A stretch of DNA of 44,437 bases from Candidatus Krumholzibacteriia bacterium (GTDB lineage: Bacteria; Krumholzibacteriota; Krumholzibacteriia; WVZY01). Shown one piece after another: positions 18,698 through 25,580 of this stretch. The first letter of the stretch is position 1; every line of letters begins with the position of its first letter. Both the position numbers and the translations under genes were made by a program. The stretch is taken from contig JBHHVD010000014.1 in assembly GCA_046754105.1 (NCBI GenBank), positions 1 to 44,437 on the forward strand, read 5' to 3'. The notes below the pieces were generated by a model. That model saw only the letters and a list, made by a program, of their open reading frames with translations, was not told where the DNA came from and ran no database searches.

Positions 18698-20464
18698 TCA
18701 GTTCGTCGCCAGCTGCACCTCGAGCCAGCTCTTGACGTTGGACTCGAGAACTTCCAGCGGCACCGCGCCGCTTCCGAGCACCACGTCGTGGAACTCCCTT
18801 ACGTCGAAACGCGACCCGAGTTTCGTCTCGCACAGCGCCCGCAGCTCCCGGATCTTGAGTTCACCGATCTTGTAGGCCAGCGCCTGTCCGGGCCAGGAGA
18901 TGTAGCGGTCCACTTCAGTCGTGATATTATGCAGAGTCAGCGCCGTGTTCGCCGCCATGAAATCGATCGCCTCCCGGCGCGTCCAGTCGAGATAATGCAT
19001 GCCCGTGTCGACGACCAGGCGGCACGCCCGCCACATTTCGTAGGTCAGGCGCCCGAAGTCGCTGTACGGATCGTCGTAGAAGCCGGCCTCGAGCCCGAGG
19101 CGCTCCGCGTACAGCGCCCATCCCTCGACGAACGCGGTAAAGCCGGAGAAACGACGAAACTCCGGGATACCGGTTAGCTCCTGCTGGACGGCGATCTGCA
19201 GGTGATGGCCGGGAACCGCTTCGTGCAGGGACAACGCCTCCACTTCATACAACGGGCGGCTCTTCAGGTCATACGTGTTTACATAATAGAACCCGGCGCG
19301 TGTGCCGTCGCCCGCGGGGCGGTTGTAATAGGCCGTCGTGGTTTTTGGAGCGATGTAATCGGGCACCGGTTTGATACCGTACGGCATGCGCGGCAGCGTC
19401 TTGAACAAACGGGGCAGTTCGCCGTCCATCTTCTTGAGAACCAAGGAAACATGCATCATCAATTCTTCGGGCTGGTCGACGTAGAATCGGTCGTCGGAAC
19501 GGAGAAACGCGACGAAGTCGTCAAAGCTGCCCTCGAATTCAACGCGGCGGATAATCTCGTCCATCTCCGCTCGTATGCGTTCGACCTCCGCCAGACCCAT
19601 CCTGTGCACCTCTTCGGGCGAAAGGTCCAGCGTCGTGTAGTACCGCACGCGGTGCTCATAGAACCTGCGGCCGTCGGGAAGAGACGATGCCCCGATGTCG
19701 TCGCGGGCCGCGGGTATGTATTCGTAGGTCAGAAAGGTCAGGAACTCTTTGTACGCCCCCACAACCGAGCGCTCGATTACCTTTTTGCCTGCCTTCCTGA
19801 GCCTTTCGCGATCGCGGTCGCTGAACGCGTCGGGAAAATCCTCGAACGGCTTGTACAGAAGGCTCTTTTGCGGGTCTTCGACGATGTGCGGCTCGATAGA
19901 CCCCTCGATCCCCTCCAGTACGATCGCGGGCAGCACGTAGCCGCGCCTGATACCCTCGCGCATCAAACCAACGTGGTCGGCGGCGTACCTGGCGAACGCC
20001 CGTAACCGTGCAACGTAGTTCTCGTAATCTTTCACGGTCTTGAAGGGGATTCGGTCCGGCAGCTGGGGAAAACTCACGTGAAATCCCGACCGGTTCGTGA
20101 TCGGCATCAGGTACGTCCCGAACTCGTGCTCACGGATGCTATTCTCTTTCAACAGTCGAAAGATATCGTAATTCAGTCGATCCTGCGCGGACAGCGCTTC
20201 GCGATCGATCTTCTGCAGGCGCGCGAGGAACTTTTTGTCCTGGGAATTGCGAAACTCGCTGGCCGACACGGACACGACAGGCAGCTTGTCGTTGTAGCGG
20301 CGGTCGCCGTAGGTAGTGGCGAACGTCGGGTTCTGCTTCAGCCGGAATTCCCAATCGTCCTTGAACAACCTGGAGAGCTCCGTCGACGCCTCTGCGGCGA
20401 AAACGGCCGGTGCAACGGCCAGTAATACCGCGATCAAAACGATCGCCCACAGCAACCGGGTCAT
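18698..20464 (-). CDS. DUF885 family secreted protein (putative metallopeptidase)
   Basis: AGGAGG RBS, ATG 20464, signal peptide; HEAVPGHHLQ, EGWALYAE and EVDRYISWPGQALAYK motifs. Confidence 0.92.
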   Translation of the reverse strand: MTRLLWAIVLIAVLLAVAPAVFAAEASTELSRLFKDDWEFRLKQNPTFATTYGDRRYNDKLPVVSVSASEFRNSQDKKFLARLQKIDREALSAQDRLNYDIFRLLKENSIREHEFGTYLMPITNRSGFHVSFPQLPDRIPFKTVKDYENYVARLRAFARYAADHVGLMREGIRRGYVLPAIVLEGIEGSIEPHIVEDPQKSLLYKPFEDFPDAFSDRDRERLRKAGKKVIERSVVGAYKEFLTFLTYEYIPAARDDIGASSLPDGRRFYEHRVRYYTTLDLSPEEVHRMGLAEVERIRAEMDEIIRRVEFEGSFDDFVAFLRSDDRFYVDQPEELMMHVSLVLKKMDGELPRLFKTLPRMPYGIKPVPDYIAPKTTTAYYNRPAGDGTRAGFYYVNTYDLKSRPLYEVEALSLHEAVPGHHLQIAVQQELTGIPEFRRFSGFTAFVEGWALYAERLGLEAGFYDDPYSDFGRLTYEMWRACRLVVDTGMHYLDWTRREAIDFMAANTALTLHNITTEVDRYISWPGQALAYKIGELKIRELRALCETKLGSRFDVREFHDVVLGSGAVPLEVLESNVKSWLEVQLATN

Positions 20465-20530
20465 GACTTCGAACCTCCTGCGTCGAGAAACTGTCACCGC
20501 CGGCTCGTATGGCCGGCGCGCGGGGGGGAT

Positions 20531-21208
20531 TTAGCGGGTCGTCAGCGCAAACGCCCGGACCGGAAAAGACCCAAAGGCCTTGACCTTCACCGGCGTGGCA
20601 AAAAACCGGAATCCCTCGTCGGGAAGCTCATCTAGGTTGGCCATGTGTTCGACGATGGGAATGTCGTTCCCCAAAAGCGCCGTGTGTACCGGACGCCGAC
20701 CGTCATCCCTGTCGTCGATGTTCAGGGAATCGATGCCGACCAGGGCGGCACCGGCTTCGCACAGGTGCTGCGCGGCATCTTCGGTAAGAAACGGGTGTCC
20801 CTCGAAGTACTGTTCCGTCCTCCAGTATCTCGACCAGCCGGTGTGGACCAGGACGGCCTTTTTCTTGAGATCGCGCGATGCAAAGAACGATGCGTCTATC
20901 GGACGTTCGTTGTGGCGCTCCGCGCGGATTACGACTCCGTCGATATCCGCCAGCGAGGCCAGCGGCAGCTCCGAAAGGTCTTTGCCTTCCGCGAAGCGGT
21001 GGAACGGCGCGTCGATGTAGGTGCCCGTGTTCCCCACCATGTCGATACGTCCGATTTGAAAGGTCGTTCCCGGCGCGTAGTGCTCTTTCGAGGCTTCGCG
21101 GTCGAGGTAGTCGCAGATCAACGGCGCGGGCAGGCCTTTGTACGTGACGAGCCCGGTTCCTATCGTATGGCTCACATCGATGAAGTTTCGCTGTTTCATA
21201 TCCGTCAC
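20531..21208 (-). CDS. Cyclase family protein (kynurenine formamidase-like)
   Basis: NTGTYIDAPFH, GIDSLN, IVEH and FPVRAFA motifs. Confidence 0.88.
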   Translation of the reverse strand: MTDMKQRNFIDVSHTIGTGLVTYKGLPAPLICDYLDREASKEHYAPGTTFQIGRIDMVGNTGTYIDAPFHRFAEGKDLSELPLASLADIDGVVIRAERHNERPIDASFFASRDLKKKAVLVHTGWSRYWRTEQYFEGHPFLTEDAAQHLCEAGAALVGIDSLNIDDRDDGRRPVHTALLGNDIPIVEHMANLDELPDEGFRFFATPVKVKAFGSFPVRAFALTTR

Positions 21209-21687
21209 TCGGCGCCTGGCGTGTCGAGTTCAATGACGGCCGCCGTCACGTCGTCCCCCGCCACGTCGATCCGGGCGACCGAAACCGGCAGGTCGAACCG
21301 CCGCGGGCCGGCGCTGCCGGGGTTGAGGTAGAGCACACCGCCCTCCTCGGTCAACGACGGACGGTGCGTGTGGCCGCTAATCACGCAGCGAAAACCCGCG
21401 GCCGCCGGATCGACGTCCAGCGTCCCCAGGTCGTGCAAGACGTAAAACAGCCGTGCGCCGAATTCGACCACGTCGGTGGCGGGGAGACTCTCCGCCCATT
21501 TCTGCCGGTCCATGTTACCCCTTATCGCCCGGACCGGCGCGATCTCCGCCAATGAGGCAAGTATCGATTCATCGCCCACGTCGCCTGCGTGGATGATGAG
21601 ATCCACACCGCGCAGTGCGTCTACCGCCTGCCTGCGCAACAAACCGTGCGTGTCCGAAATGACGCCCGCGGTTCCATCTCGGTGCAC
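21205..21687 (-). CDS. YfcE/MJ0936-type metallophosphoesterase
   Basis: ISDTH, HAGD, GNMD, GHTH and NPGS motifs; AGGAGG RBS. Confidence 0.92.
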   Translation of the reverse strand: MHRDGTAGVISDTHGLLRRQAVDALRGVDLIIHAGDVGDESILASLAEIAPVRAIRGNMDRQKWAESLPATDVVEFGARLFYVLHDLGTLDVDPAAAGFRCVISGHTHRPSLTEEGGVLYLNPGSAGPRRFDLPVSVARIDVAGDDVTAAVIELDTPGAE

Positions 21688-21729
21688 CCCAAGACCTCCT
21701 GGTCGATCCAGCCACTCCTGTTTGACATT

Positions 21730-22404
21730 TCAACCACGGGCGAGCCACGCCACGCCTACCCCGATCGCCAGCGCCCCGAACCCGGCGAGAACGAACCGGT
21801 AGGCACCGGTGTATTTCCGGAGCCACCCGCCGATCACTTCGCCCAACGCCCACGCGAACCCGGCCATGGCCGCTACAGCGCCCAACCCGTATCCGGCGAC
21901 GTATGCGATCGCGAGCCTGGGCGCCGGCAGCACCAGCGCCGGCAGCACTCCAATCAAGTGCGAGCTTCCCGCCAGGCCGTGCAGCAAACCGATCCCCAGC
22001 GGAGCGTGGGAATGCCGGTGGGCGCCGTAACCATGCCCGCCGGCATGCGACCCGTGCGCGTGGATATGCGCGTGCCGGACACCGTCGTGGGTGTGTTCGT
22101 GAAGATGAACCCGGTAGCGGATCGCCTTTTTCAGCGTCCACAACCCGATCCCGATCAGGACCAGCCCGACCACACCCTCGCTCCGCGCCGCCACTCGTTC
22201 GATGGGAAGGGCCTGTTTCAAGAGCAGCGCTGCCAGAGCCACCGTCCAAACGGCCGCTGCGTGCCCCATTCCCCACAGCGCGCCGGCCCGCCAGCTCCTG
22301 CCCGGCGTATCGGAGACGATCGGTGCTATCGCGGTCAGATGATCCGGGCCCGACAGGACGTGAATGATCCCGGCCACGGCTCCGGTCAGCACGGCAACGA
22401 TCAT
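21730..22404 (-). CDS. UreH/SodT-like nickel/cobalt transporter with a His-rich loop
   Basis: HVLSGPDH, WGMGH, HLHEHTHDGVRHAHIHAH and GLLHGLAG motifs; ATG at 22404. Confidence 0.8.
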   Translation of the reverse strand: MIVAVLTGAVAGIIHVLSGPDHLTAIAPIVSDTPGRSWRAGALWGMGHAAAVWTVALAALLLKQALPIERVAARSEGVVGLVLIGIGLWTLKKAIRYRVHLHEHTHDGVRHAHIHAHGSHAGGHGYGAHRHSHAPLGIGLLHGLAGSSHLIGVLPALVLPAPRLAIAYVAGYGLGAVAAMAGFAWALGEVIGGWLRKYTGAYRFVLAGFGALAIGVGVAWLARG

Positions 22405-22495
22405 CGACGTTACCTCGTTGGTGTGGGGGTGGGGTCCAGGCGGCGCGCGGGGCGGCGCCGCGCCTGCGGGGTTGGGCCGGCGGCGAGGGCCCGGC

Positions 22496-23476
22496 TCACT
22501 GCGCTCCGTCCGCGCCGGGAACCGACAGGTATTGTACCGAAAAGAGCCGTTGACCGTCGATCCACACCTTTTCGACCTCGAATCCCCCGCGTTCGGCCAG
22601 CGCGGCGAAGCCTTCCACGGTATACTTGTAGGACGATTCGGTCCAGATCGTCTCACCCTTACTGAACGGGATGTCGGCGTCGTCTATCCGAACTCTTTGA
22701 TTGTCGAGGCTGATGAGATGCATCTCGACGCGCATCGCGTCCCGGTTGTAAATCGCGCGGTGGCGAAACCTGTCTATTCTGAAATTCGATCCGAGTTCCC
22801 GGTTCAAGCGCTCGAGAAGATTCAAGTTGAATTCCGCCGTGACACCCTCACGGTCGTTATAGGCGGCATGCAGTATCTCCGGGTCCTTTTGCAAGTCGAC
22901 CCCGATCAGGAGACCGCCTCCGAAACCGTCGATCGCGGCAATACGCCGCAAGAAATCGACCGCTTCGTCGCTGTGAAAATTTCCGATGCTCGAACCGGGG
23001 TAATAGACGACACGGCGCGCAACGGGCTTCTTGCTGTTGGGAATCTCGAGATCTTCGTTATAATCCGCGCACACCGGGAGGATCTCCAGCTGCGGATACC
23101 GTTTCGCGATCCGGACCGCCGATCGCACCAGGTGCTCCCGGGAGATGTCGATCGGGACGTAGGCGGCGGGCGCTTCGAGATGGTCGAGCAGAATCTGGCT
23201 CTTCTCGCTGCTGCCGCTGCCGTACTCGATGATCATGCTTCCGGGACCGATGAGCGCCACCATTTCGTCGATGTGGGTTCTCATGATGGCCGTCTCGGTC
23301 CGCGTCGGGTAGTACTCCCCAAGCCGGGTAATCTGGTCGAACAGCAAAGACCCGCGCTCATCGTACAATAATTTGCTGGGAAGTTCCTTGACCGGCTTTT
23401 GCAGCCCAGTGATGACGACGTCGGAGAGACTCTCCGTCTCGTCGGTCAGGTCGTGGAGCTTGGGAACGTGGCTCAT
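22496..23476 (-). CDS. egtD: L-histidine N-alpha-methyltransferase
   Basis: KELPSKLLYDERGSLLFDQIT, EYYPTRTE, GSSIGN, AAYND, RVEMHL and TESSYKY motifs. Confidence 0.9.
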   Translation of the reverse strand: MSHVPKLHDLTDETESLSDVVITGLQKPVKELPSKLLYDERGSLLFDQITRLGEYYPTRTETAIMRTHIDEMVALIGPGSMIIEYGSGSSEKSQILLDHLEAPAAYVPIDISREHLVRSAVRIAKRYPQLEILPVCADYNEDLEIPNSKKPVARRVVYYPGSSIGNFHSDEAVDFLRRIAAIDGFGGGLLIGVDLQKDPEILHAAYNDREGVTAEFNLNLLERLNRELGSNFRIDRFRHRAIYNRDAMRVEMHLISLDNQRVRIDDADIPFSKGETIWTESSYKYTVEGFAALAERGGFEVEKVWIDGQRLFSVQYLSVPGADGAQ

Positions 23477-23533
23477 AACGCGTGGTGCCCTTGTCTTCGC
23501 GGCAGCGCGATCGCCGGGCTCGGCCGCATAAAG

Positions 23534-23568
23534 CTGTGATTATATACACAGGCACGCCATCCTGGCAA
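23534..23568 (-). promoter_or_regulatory. Probable egtD promoter with a palindrome over the -10 element
   Basis: TTGCCA(23568)-N18-TATAAT(23544). CTGTG-N8-CACAG at 23534-23551. Confidence 0.5.
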
Positions 23569-23693
23569 CCCGATTGCCGGTCCGGCCGGTGGGTATCCAT
23601 GAGAATGCCGGAAATGGGCCGGAGAGGGGAGCACCGCAACGTCCGCAAGGGGCGATATCGCGGATCTGTGCGGCGGCCGGCTCGCGGGGACGA

Positions 23694-24542
23694 CTAGTGA
23701 AGTGACAGGGTCTTACTCTCCATTTCTCTCTCGAACAGGACGGCGTTGGGGAATCCGCCCTTGATCTTGCGTTCCATTCCGGCCCAGCCCCCGAGGTCGT
23801 TGAGGAGCGCGGAACCCCTGGGCGGAACGTGCATCGCAACGATATGCTTGGCGTGGATGACCGCACGCGCCGTCGCCGCCATGCGGTCGTACGCAAGGTA
23901 CCAGTAGGGTACGAACGCGACGTCGAAAGTCTCACGGTGTACGTTACTGCGGCGAAAGTCCTTGGCTTTCGCTTGCGAGTCACCCATGTGCAGGAACTTT
24001 CCGCCCCCCAATTCGAACACGAAGCCGATGTTCTCGATCATTTGCCCGCGACCGTGGTGAAGGTTGATGAGTTCCAGGTTTATGCCGTGGTGGACCATGC
24101 GGATGCGCTGGCCCTCCCTCGGAAAACCGGCCCTGATTCGCCGGAGCACCGCCCTGTTTTCGCCCACGTAACTTCGCAGCCGCGTGACCGATTGCGGCGT
24201 GCCCACGAACAGGGCTTCGTCGTTGTGGGCGAGGTGGGTTCCCACGGCCGCGGCGTCGAAGTGGTCGGCGTGATGATGCGTCGTCAGCACCAGATCGACC
24301 TTGTCGAACGGCCGCTTCGCCCTCTCGAGCTTGTACCGGCTGTCCTCACCCGGGACGGCGTACCCCTCAACGCCCTCCCGGTAGAGGGCATCGACGAGAA
24401 CCTTCCTCCCCCCGGACGCGACCAGGAACCCCTCGTTGCCGACGTAGGTGATGTGGACCTCGGCCCGGCCACCCGCTGTCGCCGTGGGCCGCGCTGTGGA
24501 GACCAGGCACAAAAAGGCACAAACGTATGCAATGCGTCTCAT
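23694..24542 (-). CDS. Secreted MBL-fold metallo-hydrolase
   Basis: Signal peptide; YVGNEGF, THHHADH, HMGD and AMH motifs. Confidence 0.88.
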   Translation of the reverse strand: MRRIAYVCAFLCLVSTARPTATAGGRAEVHITYVGNEGFLVASGGRKVLVDALYREGVEGYAVPGEDSRYKLERAKRPFDKVDLVLTTHHHADHFDAAAVGTHLAHNDEALFVGTPQSVTRLRSYVGENRAVLRRIRAGFPREGQRIRMVHHGINLELINLHHGRGQMIENIGFVFELGGGKFLHMGDSQAKAKDFRRSNVHRETFDVAFVPYWYLAYDRMAATARAVIHAKHIVAMHVPPRGSALLNDLGGWAGMERKIKGGFPNAVLFEREMESKTLSLH

Positions 24543-24575
24543 ACGGCCGTTCCGGCTTTCCTGTTGTGGGTAAAA

Positions 24576-24779
24576 ATTGAGGGCCGCTTATGAGCAGCTT
24601 CCGTCGGATGTTATCACGAAGTATGGCGTAGTACAACGGGTGGTGACAACTACAAGCCTCGTGATCGCGCGGCCCTCAATCAGAGATATGCGTGGCAGAG
24701 TCGGCGGCGGGTGCAAATCCGGCGGCGCGGTCTTCATTGATGCGTAAGGCCTCTACCATTTCTCTGAAGCCGCGCCGCC
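24576..24779. ncRNA. Candidate structured non-coding RNA or leader (two long hairpins)
   Basis: 12-bp perfect stem 24576-24587/24669-24680 with inner helices; 10-bp stem 24721-24730/24770-24779. No family recognised. Confidence 0.4.
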
Positions 24780-24830
24780 AAGATCACCAGTAAAGTTCAA
24801 CTGAATATCTAACGAAATGGGAATTCTTTC

Positions 24831-24897
24831 AATCAGATAGATACCTGATTCTTTCGTAGGAAAACGGGGAGGGTCGTTGTAGGATTAGTTCCTACAA
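24831..24897. promoter_or_regulatory. Inverted-repeat boxes, putative response-regulator binding sites
   Basis: TTGTAGGA-N5-TCCTACAA (24877-24897), AATCAG-N8-CTGATT (24831-24850) and a GTAGGA half-site at 24856. Confidence 0.45.
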
Positions 24898-24909
24898 ATC
24901 GGCCTCTTT

Positions 24910-25539
24910 TCAATCCACCAGCCCGTGGCGGATGGCGTAGCGGGTGAGCTCCGCGGTCGTGTGCAGGTCGGTCTTTTCGGTGATTCGGCTGCGGTAGGTG
25001 CTGATCGTCTTCACGCTCAACGAGAGATCATCGGCGATCTCGGTCACCGTCTTGCCCGAGGCGATCAGCCGCAGCACCTCGTACTCGCGGTCGGAGAGCC
25101 GCTCGTGTGGGGCCCCGTCGCGGTCCGTCTCGATTTCCGAGGCGAGGATCTCGGCGAGGGAGGTGCTGACATACTTGCCGCCTCCCATCACCTTGCGAAT
25201 CGCGTTCACCAGTTCCTCGGGGGCCGTCTCCTTGGTCATGTATCCGGAGGCTCCGGCCTTGAGAACCCGCGTGGCGAATTGATCCTCGGGGTAAATGCTC
25301 ATGACGAGGACGGGCAGCTTGGGCCATTCTCGTTTGATATCCTTCAAGACGTCCAGGCCGCCCCGGCCGGGCATCGACAGATCGAGGATGACGGCGTCCC
25401 ATTCCCGGCCGCGAATGACGTTCAGGGCCTCCATCCCGTTCCCGGCTTCTCCGAACTCGAAGCCCTCGTCGGCGTCGGAAAGGATCTGTTGCAGCCCTCG
25501 CCGAACCACCGCGTGATCATCGACAATGAGTACTTTCAT
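24910..25539 (-). CDS. NarL/UvrY-family response regulator (REC + LuxR HTH)
   Basis: MKVLIVDDHAVVR, LDLSMP, GYMTK, LSDREYEVL and LSVKTISTYRSRI. Confidence 0.93.
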   Translation of the reverse strand: MKVLIVDDHAVVRRGLQQILSDADEGFEFGEAGNGMEALNVIRGREWDAVILDLSMPGRGGLDVLKDIKREWPKLPVLVMSIYPEDQFATRVLKAGASGYMTKETAPEELVNAIRKVMGGGKYVSTSLAEILASEIETDRDGAPHERLSDREYEVLRLIASGKTVTEIADDLSLSVKTISTYRSRITEKTDLHTTAELTRYAIRHGLVD

Positions 25540-25580
25540 CAGTCCCGCTCTTGGGTCCGGCCTCGCCGTGACGCGAGGGG

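Noticed and set aside
23534..23551. E. coli-type LexA SOS box
   Set aside because: The CTGT-ACAG spacing is N10, not N8.
24700..24730. GGTGCAAATCC as part of a cobalamin or FMN riboswitch, or a tRNA
   Set aside because: The flanking GGGAA/ACTG (B12 box) and FMN motifs are absent, and no cloverleaf forms.
24576..24779. Retron msr-msd or integron attC interpretation of the hairpins
   Set aside because: No reverse transcriptase or integrase is present in the window, and there are no RYYYAAC/GTTRRRY ends.
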